In this document: one piece after another, positions 1 to 14,584 of the stretch
Layout of the letters: each line of letters begins with the position of its first letter
Numbering within the stretch: the stretch's first letter is position 1
Source of the DNA: the human T2T-CHM13v2.0 reference genome, Homo sapiens
DNA: 64,000 nt
Reading direction: 5' to 3' (one strand)
Assembly (NCBI RefSeq): GCF_009914755.1
Contig: NC_060942.1
The notes under the pieces: model-generated
What the model was told of the DNA's origin: nothing
Database searches by the model: none
What the model saw: only the letters and a program-made list of their open reading frames with translations
Made by a program: the position numbers and the translations under genes

Positions 1-316
1 TTTTTTTTTTTTTTTTTTTTTTTTGACAGAGTCACCCAGGCTGGAGTGCAATGGCACGATCTCGGCTCACTGCAACCTCCGCCTCCTGGGTTCAAGCGAG
101 TCTCCTGCCCCACTTAGCCTCCCGAGTAGCTAAGATTACAGGCCTGCACCACCACACACACACACACAGCTATTTTTTTTTTTTTTTTAGTGGAGATGGA
201 GGGGCGGGGGTCTCACCATGTTGGCCAGACTGGTTTTGAACTCCTGACCTCAAGTGATCCGCCCACCTCCGCCTCCCGAAATTCTGGGATTACAGGCGTG
301 AGCCACGCGCCCAGCC
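1..316 (-). mobile_element. Alu (AluS-like) SINE
   Basis: Poly-T at 1-24 followed by reverse Alu (CCCAGGCTGGAGTGCAATGG...GGGATTACAGGCGTGAGCCAC); small (CA)n expansion at ~153-168. Confidence 0.95.
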
Positions 317-2154
317 CCAGGCTCAACTTTTGATGTGACTTAAACATGCCCCCCTCCCTCCCCCTTTTCATGTCACCACAGTCACCCCTCAGTGCCAGCT
401 GCTTGGGGAGGCATCATCCTGAGGGCACTCGTCACTGAGTCACAGAGTCCTGACAGCATGTGGGACCCGAGATCCATTCATCTGAACCGAGGGTGGCTTT
501 TGCACCCATCCCTGCATGTCACCCAGGTCACTCTTGCCATTCTGTCACTTCCGTGCAGCAGCTGGAGAAATGGGGTCCAGGGTGATAGCCAGTTCTCCTC
601 CTAGGTTTCCTTGTGAAACCCATTTTCCTTCCTCGCTTTCTCGTGTGTGTGCCCAGCCCTCCCAAGTTTTCATTTTCTTCCCGTTTTCAGTGCCCTACAG
701 TTCCTCCTGACGCTCCGGGGTGTCTGATTGCCTCCGACTGGTGGGTACTACCCGGCTGTCATGTCCTTCTTTCTCAGTGTGCTCCCAAAATGTGGAACTA
801 GAAGTTCTGCATGATATTTTACAACTGTTTATGTCACAGCAGAGGCATTTGTCTCGGGGCCCAATAGAACCTTGGTGTGGAGGAGTTGCTTTCCCTGCCC
901 TATTCTATAGCATGTGGATTTTCTATTATTCTGATCAAGGTCACCTGTTCCTGGGGCTTGGTGCTTTGGGTCTCACTGCTTCTCATTCAGAATCGGAGCA
1001 ATTCATGGCGGGCCAGTCCTTCCCTGACAGTGAGGAAAGACTGTGTGGCCTGTGAAATTTTGAATACCTATCTGACAATAAATAGCAAGGCTGGAGTTGC
1101 ATACAGGGAAACATTTTTGAGTGCTATTAATATCTTAGAGTGGTTGGCAGATGTATTATTTCTGGAGATACCGCAGGGCAGAAAGTGGGTTAGGTACTCT
1201 TTTATGCACCGTGCACACACAAAATGTCAATGCTGTTCTAAAACAGGGAAGTGTGATTGGTGACAAGAACAAAGTAGTACAAGATGCAGAGGTTAATGCT
1301 GGGGAGAACCAAAGTAGAATGAAATAGAAAGCAAACTCTACACAGAAAATAGATCCTGCTCTGGATGTTATAAGAAAAACTTGAATTAGTCCTAAAACCT
1401 ATTACTTTAGAAAAATATATATGTTAGACTAGTACGAGAATGTGTGGTAGTCTATCAGGGACTACTGGGAAGGAGGGTCTTTTGATTGTTCAGCACCTCT
1501 GAGCCTTCCCCCACCCACACACTCACAGCCTCAGGTCGCTGGAAAATCCCAGCTGTGTCTTTGATCAATGATGGTAACTGGAACTGACCTCTTTACCTTA
1601 ATAACTCCCCCTCTCTTGCACTCTCTGGCTTTCCATGGTCATAGGGAAGGCTTAGCTCTGGACACAATCTGTGGCTCATGGTCAGATTCCCCCTAGCCCA
1701 GTCACCCTGGCAGCTTGGGCATGCCTCAAGGAATGGCTGTGTGTGCCTAAGTGAAGGACACTGAGCTTCCAGAATGCTTTGGCATTTGAAGCTCTGCCTA
1801 TCTGGGCATGGAGTGACAATATTTGAGCATCATACTGAGGAAGAAAGGCCACTCTTTCTCTCTAGCATCTAGAGAAACCATTTTCAGTCCAGAAATTATA
1901 GTGAGGTCTTCAGTCACTCTAACACCTGAAAAAACTGCTAGCAGCATGTGCTTCAATGAGCACAGGATCCTCAGGCACTGAACACGCTTTTCATTTTCCC
2001 TTCTTGGACGGATACCAGCCAAACTGATGCTTTGGATTTGAAGAAATGTAGAGAAGGTCCCCATTTCCTAGTGAAGAAAGGCATTCTCACAAAGAGGGAA
2101 TTGAGGAAAAATTTAATCTGATTGGTAAAAAAGGTTGGCACTTTGTGGTACTGG

Positions 2155-2678
2155 TGTAAGACAGGTGAGCCCCAAAATTGGGGATTACCCTGGAAGGGTT
2201 CTTATTTTCACCCAGGAAAGAATTCAAGGGCAAGCCTAATCTTCTTTGGAATGGTACTGCTTCTTGCAGGGCAGGGCTAACTCACAGTCAGTGCACCCAG
2301 AGTTGGCAATGTATGGGCTCTTGGCAACTGTGTTTATACTCATTTATACCCTCTTATAATTACATGCAAATTAAGGAGTGGGTTAATGCAAATTGAGGAG
2401 TGGGTTATGTAGAACTTTCAGGGAAAGCAGTCAGTAACTTCTGGGCCATTGCCATGGAAAGGGGTGGTAACTTTCGGGGCATTGTCATGGCATTTGTAAA
2501 CTCTTATGGTGCTGGTGAGAGTATCTTACACTAATGAGCTGTGAGGGCAGCTAGGGATGGCTTTTGTCACGATCTGCTGGTTCCTGCCAGTTTCTTCACA
2601 TCATCCTGGGTGGACCAGATCCTGTTTTGGTCAGCAGGGTTGTGACCAGAAAACAAGTCCTGCCAGTCTCCTACCTTG
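2155..2678 (-). mobile_element. ERV1 solo LTR, MER66-like (MER4 group)
   Basis: Reverse strand begins AGGTAGGAGACTGGCAGGACTTGTTTTCTGGTCACAACCCTGCTGACCAAAACAGGATCTGGTCC; the other end on + reads TGTAAGACAGGTGAGCCCCAAAATTGGGG...CCCAGGAAAGAATTCAAGGGC. Subfamily is from memory. Confidence 0.7.
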
Positions 2679-3659
2679 GTATTACTTAAGACTTATCAGT
2701 GGCAAAATAATGAAAATAATGTTGTTCCTGACATTTTCTTTCTTGTGTGATGCTTACCAAAGAGACGAAATTATGTGATGAAGTAAAATCCATGAGGTTT
2801 TAATTGTGATGTTTTGTGCTAAAACATTCATTTATCTTCACACTAAATCTGCTTTGCTAAAAATCTTTATTAATCTGGACTATACAATGAAATTGGACCA
2901 GTGAGTTCTCTTTTACTCACTAATAACAGAAAACAGACACTGGCAAAAAGGAAAATTGATAGTTTCAGTCGTTGCTATTGATTTTTTCAGAGTTGGGTGC
3001 TTCTCCATTTTTTCGCTCTGCCTTACATTGAGTAGCTTTATTCTCAGATATTATCTGGTGGCCCCTAACCGTTCTGGGCTCATGTATTTACAGGTTAAAG
3101 TCTACAGATTTGAGAACATGCTTCTTCTCCAATAGTCTCAGAAAAAGCCGTATGCAGCCAATTGTTCGTGACTGAATCAAACACCAATCCCTAAACCTAT
3201 CTATATAGATGGGTGAATCCTCTGTCCTGATAGGTGGGCCATGGGTCACATGTCCACCGTAACACTAAAGATTGGAAATGGCATAGGTGTAATAAGAAAA
3301 ATAAAGAGAAATGGATGCTGGGAACTGCCCACCTCCCCAAGTGAAAATTTAAAAAACCCCATAAATATTCAATACAAAATAATAAAACTCTCCCAAATAT
3401 AAAGTATAACATGATTTAAGATCATTTTTGCTACCTGTGATTAGGAGGGAAGTCTATTTTATAATGGAACTTGGGAAAGATTTTTATCACCTACCTCCAT
3501 GTTAATGATGTTACTTAGTAGACTTTGAAACTTCAAGGTCTTTAGCTTATTTCAATTGCAAAGTATTTTAATGAATTACAGTGTAAAACAAAGCATAACC
3601 ATTAACATATATTTTATCCAACACAACACAAATTTACAAAGCTGACTATGACTGACAGG

Positions 3660-3855
3660 AACACAGTGTGATGTTTTGGATTTAGTCAGACAGATTGGTT
3701 TTAAGTTCTACTTCACCCATTTGCTCACTGAATGGCCTTAGGCAGGTGACATAAACTCTCTGAACTTTAGTTCTTTTATGTGTAAAGGAGAGATATCCAT
3801 ACCTTTCTTGGAGGGTGCACTGAAGGCATTACATATGCGGAGAAGCATGGTGCCA
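3660..3855 (+). mobile_element. MIR SINE fragment
   Basis: MIR core-like CCTTAGGCAGGTGACATAAACTCTCTGAACTTTAGTTCTTTTATGTGTAAAGG. Confidence 0.6.
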
Positions 3856-6159
3856 ATATTGGAATATCCTTTCTTTTCTCTTTTTACTTGTCATTTATTC
3901 ATTTTCTTTCCAGTGTCACCATCTTGTTTTTCCTTGATTTCCCAAATCTGCATTGATCTGCTTTCCCTGGTGAGCAGACCAGCTGACTAGAGGGTGTGTG
4001 AATCAGAAAGGTCCATTATTCTGCAAATAATGCGTGACTCCTTCCCCAGATCTGCTGCTGATGGTGGAAAGTGACAGTCCCCCTCATAATACCCATTCCT
4101 CCAATCTAAGGCATTTTCTGTTTGGAGTGCAAAAAAGGTTAAAACTGAGATATTAACCCCAGTGCTAGTCAAAAATGTGACTAGTGAAAAGCAACATGAA
4201 GAACTCCCTTTACGGCTTATGTGTCCATTTAAATCTCTAAAATAATACATTCTGAGTAGATGCTGTGATTTGTCCTAGAACCACTTAACATTGGTGTCAA
4301 AAAGGATTTGAAAGACAGTGAGGTCTAAGCATCTCATATTATAGATGAGAAAACTGATTCCTAGAAAGGCTGAGGAGATTTGGCTCACAGGGAGGCCTGC
4401 TAGGGTTGCTGATGAGATCGGATCTTGATGGCGACATAAGTGTTTATGCCATGATCTTGGGGACATCAACTCTCTGGAAGCCCCGGTTCCCCATTTCTGG
4501 TCTCTCCTTGGTCTGAGTGATAATTGCTCTAAGGAGGATCACATTTAGTCATTTAGCTTCCTCTGGAGTTGAGTTCATTTTTGTGAGCTGGGGGCCACAA
4601 GCAGGTTCTTGTTCCTCCTCCCTTCTCTGCACTCCCCTCCCTCACTCCCACCCTTGGGCTCAGGTATCAGGCAGTTTGACAGAGAATCTAGTTGAAAAGA
4701 ATTATTTGACAATTATTCTGACAATGTCCCAAGGCTTAATGGAGCGATGCAAACTGTTCTCCTTCCTTTTCCCTGAATACTCTGGCTTATCTGTTGTTAA
4801 CAAGTAACGAATAATTACACCCATCTGATGCTGTCATTGTAAGATTTAAAATGAGATAAACATGGAAGCACATTGAAAGTTATAAAATAATTTGATAATA
4901 TCAAATATGTGTTGACGTGTGAACAGAAGGCTGATTCCTCCCAAAATACTTGGAAGAATTCCATTATATGGCAGCAATCTGTGTAGTACTGGCTATGAAG
5001 ACTTAAAAACCACCCTCTTTTGAATCTAAAATTACATCACCCTCTCCACCTCTTATTATTGTCCTCCACTTCTGAGGGAAGAAAGAGGGGAGGATAGAGA
5101 AATGATTTGCACCCATCACTCTGCTCTTTAGATTGGAAAAATTGGACAGAGGGATCATGAAAAGTGGAAACATCTAAGAAATAGAATTCAGTGTCCCTAG
5201 CCCTCCCCTGACAATTTTAATAATTCCTTACTCTTTCCTGATTAGATAGGAACCTATCTTTTTGATCCTGTATCACCACAGCACATGGGTGTTAGAGGGA
5301 AGATCCAAGAAAAATAATTTTACAAATATACCACGATAAAAATAATCACCAAAAGTAACTGGAGCGGGAGAGAGTAAGAATGTGAAATTAAACCCCAGTA
5401 GCTGGGGTGTCAGCCTGTAGGCAAGCAGCTGGCTTTGATGGTCCCAGCCCTGTTTGCTCTGCCCCAGGCTGGGAGCGAGGAAGGCTTTTGAAAATTTCTT
5501 TTCACACTCAGCGCATCTGTCTGCCCGAGGGCCCTGTGTCCTGGGGAGGCAGCCCTGACAGGCCCTTCTTATCCTCCTCACTAATGGACAGGATGAACTT
5601 GCTGCCTCAGGAGGAGCGCTGTTGCAGAGGTTTGTACCCACTGTGAGGCAGCCTTGACGGGAGCATTTTTTTTGACTGTTCATTTGAAATTGAGATGCAT
5701 TCACGAGCAGGCATCTTTCATGTGCAGGTGAGTGGTGGGAGCAGATGGACCCCACAGAAATGAAGATTTATTTATTTTTTATGTGACTGTCCTTAGCAAT
5801 TAAATGTGAAGGGAAGAAACCCCAGAGAAAGAGCCTGTGCAGAGAACTAGACTGTGCTCTCTCTCTCTCCTGCACCCCTCACACGGGCTAGAGGAAAGCT
5901 GAACACCAAGGATGCCTGGGCTGCTCATTTCTGTCCTATCCTGTCGAGGAAATGCTAGACCTGGAGGGCTTTGTCTGGACTGCAGAGAGGAGAGTAGACC
6001 TAGGAATGGTGGCAGGAAGCTAACTTGCTCTATGATCTTGAATAAAACCCTTGCTCCCTCTGGATCTGATGTCAGTTTGAGTTTGATTAGGGAACTGTTA
6101 AAGGTCCTCCCAGCAGCAATATTTTCAATTTAATTGAATCTCAATGTTCTCTTCATCAT

Positions 6160-6380
6160 CATCACCACTGTCATGTGCTGGGCATAGTGCTGCCACCTTG
6201 ACATATGTGATTCCATTTTATCCTCACTTTAGCCTTACATAGTCTATGTTACTACTATAATTTCACAAATTAGAACACTGAATCCCAGAGAAGTTACGAG
6301 GCCTGCTTTAGGTTACCTAGCTATGAAGAAGTAAAGCCAGGAAATAAAGCCATGATTCCTTTAATTCCAAAATCTATGGT
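6160..6380 (-). mobile_element. MIR SINE fragment
   Basis: CCATTTTATCCTCAC...AACACTGAATCCCAGAGAAGTTA...AGGTTACCTAGCTA resembles reverse MIR. Confidence 0.55.
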
Positions 6381-8494
6381 ACCTACCTAGAGGGAGGTAA
6401 TTTCTCTGCAATTTAAAGAATGTATTTAGTTTTAAAATTCATACATTAATTTATGACAGTCCTTCAGTTGAGTCAACATAACATCAAATGTAGGTCATTA
6501 TATCTTTGAACCAGGAACAGTTGGCTTTTAAACAATGCCTATTAGCTTCCCTGTAAAGGGAAAATGATAATACCATGATTTGATTAGAAGAATTAAATTA
6601 GATGAAGAAAAGAAGTGTGCGGAAAGTAGATAACACATGGTTACTGTCAACAGTCTATAGTTCTTTTCTTTCTTCTTGATTAAAAGAAGGTAAGACCTCA
6701 AGAAAGAACCCATCACTTCGATATTGCTGTGCTGAGCAATTTCAATTGGTTTTTTAATAATCTTTTATTAGGATTTGTGAATGAAAAGACTTAAAGCTTG
6801 TAACAAGTTCAGTCTGAAATCAAATATGGCCTAGACAAGGCTCTCAAATCGATAGCAAAGTATCTTCTGAGGGATTGTATTTACTCACTGAAAGCCCTAA
6901 GGATGCAGCTAGAATGTATGGGAGGAAGCCAGAGTTGTCAGCTTGTTAAAACAAACAACTTTCTCATTTAAGCCTTTCAAAGATTAGTAAATGGCCTTAG
7001 AAGACAGTGAGTCTTCTATCACCCTAAGTCTTCAGATGACACAGATAAGAAGAGGGTTGTTTGATGAGTGGGGTTACACCTGGAGGGCTTTAACAACCCT
7101 CTCTTGCTATGCTTCAGAGATTCTATTATTCTGCTAAGATGTAATAGATACCATGAAGGCCCCAAATACCTCAGGATGGTTTTTAATTTATTTACTCATT
7201 CATGTAGTTTTTTTGTTGTTGTTGAGTGCTTCTGTACCAGGCCCTGGTCTAAGCACCAGAAATGTAAAATGAGCAAGAGATATTCCTTCCTCTTAATGAG
7301 CTAATTTTCTAACAAGAAAGAGACATATGTGAAATAGAAAACCCAGTAAAATATGGCTGGTGTTATATTAGAAGACTGTATGTGGTATAATGGGATCCAC
7401 AAAGCAGAGGTCATCAGTGCTCTTTATTTTACATTTAGTACTTTTTTTTTGTTATTTTGATCTAATCTCTTAATTTTGAACATTCTGACTCAGCCGCTAG
7501 GTTTTTCTTCTGAACCAGCTCTGGATATCTGCTTTGTAAATTGCAATCAAGAAAAAGAGACATCCCTCAACACCATCCACATGGAAATTGTCCTTCTTGC
7601 TCTGGTAGGTCTAGCCTGAAGACATGAATTTGAGATTTAGCCATGTAGATAGTGGTTGGAGTAATGAGAGGAGGGTGAGCTTATCCTGGGAGAGGAGGTA
7701 GATGGAGAAAAGAAACCAAACAGTAGTAAACAGTAATAGTAGCACTGCTCCATGGATACCCTTGAGTTTCTTTTCCATGCATAGCATGAAAGCATGTAGC
7801 GGCTGTGAAATGACACAGCTTTGGAGATGCGAACCACAAATGTAATGCATTTTTTGATAAAGATTTAGAATGAGCTACCATCACATAACCTGAGAATGTT
7901 GTTATGACCTTCTTCCAATATGATCAGAGAGGAGAGCCTTCACGGACAAGCTCAGTTCTTCTACTTCCTTAATTTTTGGGAAATACTTTCTCCCTTTTTT
8001 ATATCTTGAAAATATCAAGAAGAGGGAAAATCTCATTCTTGTCTGCCTAGCATCCATTACTCGTGGGGTAAAATCAAAGCCAATCATCACCTAGCTTATT
8101 GGCCAAGGTTTGGAAAAAATTTCACTTTTGGATCTTTCCTCACTCTTCTAGATACGATTAGTTATCGCTCCATTCTCTGTGTTTTCATGACTATCTTTAT
8201 TTCTGTGTTTTGGCTTTTACCATGTTATATTGAAATATATTTTTGCATTATTTTTGTCTTTCCCACTTGATTACAATCTCCTAGAGGGCTATAACATTAA
8301 TTTTGAAATCTTTATAATCTATTATAGTGCCCGAAAATAGATGTTCAATAGATATTTAATAAAGAACCAGATAAATTTATTTATTTGTTTTAGTGTCTTA
8401 AATATCTTTATTTTTTAAGGAACAAATGTCTAATTATATACATAGAAACCATGTAAAATATCCATTTTTTTCTGTGAGCCAAATCAACTTCTCT

Positions 8495-8854
8495 ATTTTA
8501 TTTTATTTTATTTTATTTTATTTTATTTTATTATTTATTTCCATAGGTTTTTGGGGAACAGGTGGTGTTTGGTTACATGAGTAAGTTCTTCAGTGGTAAT
8601 TTGTGAGATTTTGGTGCAGTCATCGCCCGAGCAGGATACACTGTAACCCAGTTTGTAGGCTTTTATCCCTTACCCCCATCTCACCCTTTCCCCCGAGTCC
8701 CCAAAGCCCATTGTATCATTTTTATGTCTTTGCGTCTTTATGGATTAGCATCTGCTTATGAGTGAGAACATATGTTTGGATTTCCATTACTGAGTTACTT
8801 CACTTAGAATGATAGTCTCCAATTCCATTCAGGTTGCCGCAAATGCCATTATTT
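8495..8854 (-). mobile_element. L1 (L1PB-like) 3' end with (ATTTT)n tail
   Basis: (TATTT)n at 8495-8540, then TTCCATAGGTTTTTGGGGAACAGGTGGTGTTTGGTTACATGAGTAAGTTC...TTATGAGTGAGAACATA. Confidence 0.85.
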
Positions 8855-9353
8855 TGAAGAACAAGATAAATTTGGATATAACTGTGAAGTAGGCAAAATT
8901 CTCTCCATACTTTCAAAATATGTCTTTATTTCCTGTCATAGAAAGCACCAAATAATGGACTTGCTATGCTGTTGTGGAAATAACATCCCTCTAAGAATCA
9001 AGATACTTGAACTTGTTGCCATCCCTGTCCGTTACTTGTTGAGCAAGCTTTAGAAAGTCAGTTAACTTGGAAAAAACAAAAACAAAACAAAAAACAAACA
9101 TACAAAACTTCCCTTGGTTTCCTTATCTGTAAAGCGAGAGTGTGGAAGGAGATAATCTTTGAAGTTCCTACCAACTCAAAAATTCTGTAACTCTTAAAAG
9201 TGGCCCATGGTCTCATAATAATGTTAAGTTGGTGCTATTAAGTGTTATTCTAGAGTAACAGGTATAACAGATATGAAGCCACGGCAACTAGGTTTGTATT
9301 CTAAATCTGCAACCAAATGGTTGTGTGACATTGGACAAATCACTTAATATCTA

Positions 9354-9659
<306 letters not shown>

Positions 9660-9789
9660 CTAAGCTTCTGTAATCTAAAAAATGAGAATTAAATGATAAT
9701 ATTTGTCATAGCATGCAACTTAATTCAAAACACATTTCATTTCAAAACACATTTCAAATTTGTTTTTAACTGTGCACCTCATACTTGGT

Positions 9790-10150
9790 TATTCATTATG
9801 CCACGGCAGCTAAGACCAAGCCACTTTCATGTTCTGCAATATTGTCCTACTGCAATAGTCTCCTGACCAGCTTCCCTGCCTCCAGAGTGAAAATTTAAAA
9901 GCTGAAATCAAATCACATGATTCTCCTGCTTCCAACCTTCCAATGGCTCCCATTTTAAACTTAGAATCAAATTCCAATTCTTTGTATGGTCTATAAGAAC
10001 TGTGTGGTCTGAGCTGCTTACTTCTTCAGTGTCCCATCTGATCATTTCCATCCCTCTATTCTGGGGCCCACTAACCTGCTGATCTTCCAAGAAATGAGCT
10101 TGTTCTGTATTGTTCTTTCTGCTTGGTTTTTCCCTCAGACCTTCCCAGGG
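9790..10150 (+). mobile_element. L2 LINE fragment
   Basis: CTGCAATAGTCTCCTGACCAGCTTCCCTGCCTCC...AACCTTCCAATGGCTCCCAT...TTAGAATCAAATTCCAA is typical of the L2 3' region. Confidence 0.75.
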
Positions 10151-11071
10151 CTGGGCTTTTCATCATTTTTTGTCTCTGGCCATATATCAGAGAGATAGTC
10201 CCTGTCTACACAATACCTCTCTTTACTTCCAAGAACTTTGTGTCTCTTATGCTAAGATTTGCAGACATTTAGTGACTGATAGTGACTTGTCCAAAGTTAC
10301 TCAAACTTTAGAAATTAGAATCCAGAGGTCCCATGTTTTTTAAAAAAATCACATGCAGACAGATTGCCATTGTATCTATGTAATATAAGAAGTACCCACT
10401 TCCTCCGGGTTTACTGAGGGAAAACTTTCTGTAACGGAGTCACTGATCATCATTAGATATGGAGGGTGGAACTTTGGACTTCAAACTATTTTTCATATCC
10501 TGCAAAGCATGGGGCTATTCTTGAGTTCCAATTGTTGCACTTAAGCATAAGAAGAATATGACAATCAGGACTGTGTTTTTTCCAAAAGACATGCTAAGAC
10601 AAAAATAAAACATTAATTTAGTAATCACCAGATTTTTCCAGCAAGCACAGTTTTGTGTTAGAATGTTTCAGAGATGAAGGGAAGGGGGAAAAAAACTGAC
10701 AAATGCATTTCACTAGCTGTAATTGACGTGTGGATAGGTAAATGGACATGAATTAACAGCTTTTAAATGGTTATGGCAGATGTTTTAAATGGGCCACACT
10801 GGACATACATCAATATCCAATCTTCCAATCTTTTTTGTAGCAGAGTTAAGAGACACTAAAAGTACTTTTAAGTTAATGAGTGACTAGCAGGTAAGCAACG
10901 AGCAAATTGATAGGTTATCTGTCCCAATTTCATCTGTGCATCTGACAGGTCCCACACAGTATTTAAATTGACTTCAAAAATATTTTTTGTGTTTGCTATT
11001 ATGAAGGTAATTGGTGTAAAATTCCCTTGTTTCACAAAGACAAGTTAACCAAAAAAGAGTAAAATAAAAAT

Positions 11072-11090
11072 CTCCACCAGAGGTCAGCAG
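11072..11090 (+). promoter_or_regulatory. Candidate CTCF-binding motif
   Basis: CTCCACCAGAGGTCAGCAG is close to the CTCF core CCASYAGRKGGCRS (one core mismatch); motif match only. Confidence 0.4.
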
Positions 11091-12140
11091 TGTACACATT
11101 TTCACCATGGTTTAAACTCAAGAACCCCCACTACAGGTGGGATCTGAGCTTTATCAATAGGGTGAGATGAATTCCCTGACGATAGCACTCTTTTGCCTTA
11201 TTTCTAAAGCACTCAACACCAGTAAAGGTTCACAAAATACATCTTTGAAATTTAGAAATTATGAATGCTGCTCATTTTGGTGAAAAGATGAGAGTATGGG
11301 CCATGTGGTATGGAAATGGACAGTGGTCTGATGACTGACAAGGGAATAGAAGCCTGGGTTGCTCTTTCCCTGTCACAGGACTGGTGTTACTGCCACATGC
11401 AAAAATCTCCTTTTCAGGAGTCTTTTAGGTTATAGTTCGGTGAGAAATATGTCAGAAAGTAGCCACAGAGATAAAGGGTCTTTTTCTTATGTATAGTAAA
11501 ATAAGGAAAAAAAATATATAGATATAGCTTTCAAGTAATAGCTATATACTTTGTAAATGTTTTTGATAGTCATATTCCTCTAATTTTTGAATATTCTTTC
11601 TGGTGAAAGGCAGTCAGTCAAGTTTGTGTTTCTAACTCTTGTCCATTACTGGGATGATGTCTCGTGAGTTAGAAGGATATGAAGGCTTTAAAAGTTTCCC
11701 TTGGAAAGGGTGGGATTGAAACTGTTGGTCTCAATGTCTTTCCAGCCATTGAAGTTTGTAATAGTTTTGTTGAAGTTAGCAGTCTTTTGGTAGTTTTTTG
11801 ATTGGCTTTACTCAGAAACTCTGTGGTCAAAATAGGCATTTGTAATGTGTTTAACAAAGAACATTTTGCAAAATGTCTGACAATATGGAGTATGAGGCAA
11901 TTGACACTCATATATGAAGTCATCATCATCATTACCCAGAGCAGCCATACCAAGTGCCAACACAACACTGGCTACCCAGCATCACTGGAGGGTGCCAACA
12001 GGACCACAGGAGGATGTTGACTTGGAGGATGTTTCTCCAGCGTCCTAGACAGCATTATAGTCACATCAGGATATCTACAAAAAGCAAAGCTATGTTACCA
12101 CACTAGGGTTTCTTACAATCTTTTGCTTAATTAACATTAA

Positions 12141-12494
<354 letters not shown>

Positions 12495-13379
12495 TAAATC
12501 TTGAATGCTTTACATTCCAGAAGAGTTCGAGAGAGAAACATGGGTGCTTTAATCTTAGGCTGTGCATAATATATGATATTTCCAAGTTGTTTCTCAAGAG
12601 TTTTAAAAACTGGTCATGAGGCTTAAGTATATTAAATCAGGCTTATTTTCAAAAGCCCTAACTTTAATTTCTATTGACAGTCTTTTAAATAGCAAGCAAA
12701 TTTTAGTTGAATCCAAATATAAACTCTATACATTCATTATTTTCTATAAAATTGTAAATGACGGTAGTACATAAAGCATATATATATATATATATATATA
12801 CACAAAAAAAAGAAATGAAATAATTATTCTTTCTTTGTCCACAGAAGCAAAAGATCACTGAGAAATTCAGTCAATAAATATTTAATAAATATCTACTTGA
12901 AAAGATCACTTTAGAAGTTATTGGAGGAACAATAGCAAATAACTGAGTCAATGTCAACAAGATAACCATTTAAGGTAATCATATATATATATTTAATAAT
13001 TATAAATTATTTATTCAGAAAACACTTAATGATTACCTGAGGAGTACCAGGCTTTGAGAAGAACAGTGGAAATCATTAGTAATAATAATAATGATAATAA
13101 TGGTAATGGTGATGCCACTAATGACAGCATCTATCATTTATTGAGAGCCTTTATGTGCCTGGTACTGTATCAAGCATTCTCCATTTTGTTTTACCTCCAT
13201 TTTAAGTTAAAAAACAAAGGACTAGAGAAATTAAATCTCTAATACAAACGTTCAGATATATTTGCAGAACATTCAGCCAATGTCTGATGTGTTTGGCTCA
13301 AAAGATGTTACACTGTATGGTACTACTTCTCATACAAAGATATAAAAGACAAATACACTTTCCTTCAAAGATCATAGAT

Positions 13380-14580
13380 CATGAAGGATGTGAAGAAATA
13401 TTAATAGCTATAAAACAATGTAATGATTGCTGTGATGTAGGGATATCTACACCATAATATCCATCAGGGTGAAGGGAGCTTCTAAATGCCTTGTGGTCCA
13501 TTCACAGAGGAGAGGATGATGCTCATTTTGAGGTGGCGTATGAGTAGGAGTTCACTGTACAGTCAAGGGTAGGGAGACTTGCAAATGAAGCGAATAGGAG
13601 AGCAAAAGTTCCTTGCATGAGAGAACAAGCACATGCTTTAATGAGCCTTTGCACAGAACGACTTTGTAGAATGAACAGGGAACAATGCTAGAAGAACAGG
13701 CAGACTGAGGCCATGAATAGGACTGGGTATGCCTTGCTAAGGAGCTTACACTTTATTCTCTAAGCAATGGGGAGAAGTTAAAGCTGAGTGTTGACCCAGT
13801 TAGGTTTGACTTGCCAAATAATCACTTTAGTAGCCGTGTGGAGAACAGGGGAGAACAGGTAAGAACAGGAAGAGCAGTTGCAATATTTTAGGTGAGAAAT
13901 TACAAGGGATTCAACTAAGACAGTCACATGCAGTAGAAATGGGACTGGCTGGAGGGTTGCTGGCTAGATTAAATCAAAAGAGACCCCCTGAAAGTACATA
14001 TATGGCGCATGTGTCTCATAATTCTGGCTCGAATGACTGAGCATAGGGTGGTACTACTACGTTTGGGAACACTAAGAATTGAGGAGGTTTTAAGGTGGGT
14101 AGGAATAATGAGTTGAATTTTAAACATGTTGAATGTCAGGGGTTATGTTACATATAGATTGGTAAGTCCAGTAATGATCAGAAATCCATGGATGCCTGCA
14201 AAAGAGAAAAAGTTTTGTGGCATAATAAGCAATTTAGTTAGGGAGTCAGTCTTCCGGCTTCAGAGCAAGGAAGAGGAGAGGTCATGGGTGAACTCCAGCT
14301 TTTAAAGGGAAGGTAAAGGATGGTAAACTAATGGAGTAAAAGAGAAAGCGCCAATACGAAGGGAGATAATCGGTGCAAAAAAAATCATTTATTTAGCCAT
14401 TTTTATGTGCGTTGACTCTGTGGGGGACTGAGTACATAAAGATGAAGAAGACATGGTTTCTCTCTTAAGGAGCTTATAGTGTAGTGGTGGAGAAGTGATT
14501 TCAAAGACGTGGAGATCAACAGCATGTCATACCACAGAAGGGAAAAGTAGGAAATGGACTGAAAAGTATGTTTGATTTGG
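13380..14580 (-). mobile_element. L2 LINE fragments (probably continue at ~15240-15530, ~17450-17920, ~18450-18900)
   Basis: Purine-rich reverse-L2 motifs: AAGGAGCTTACACTTTATTCTCTAAGCAATGGGGAG, TTTAGGTGAGAAAT, GAGTTGAATTTTAAACATGTTGAATGT. Confidence 0.65.
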
Positions 14581-14584
14581 CCAT

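Noticed and set aside
5273-5755. 160-aa minus-strand ORF
   Set aside because: Non-ATG start in the sequence, no recognisable domain, composition typical of random non-coding frames
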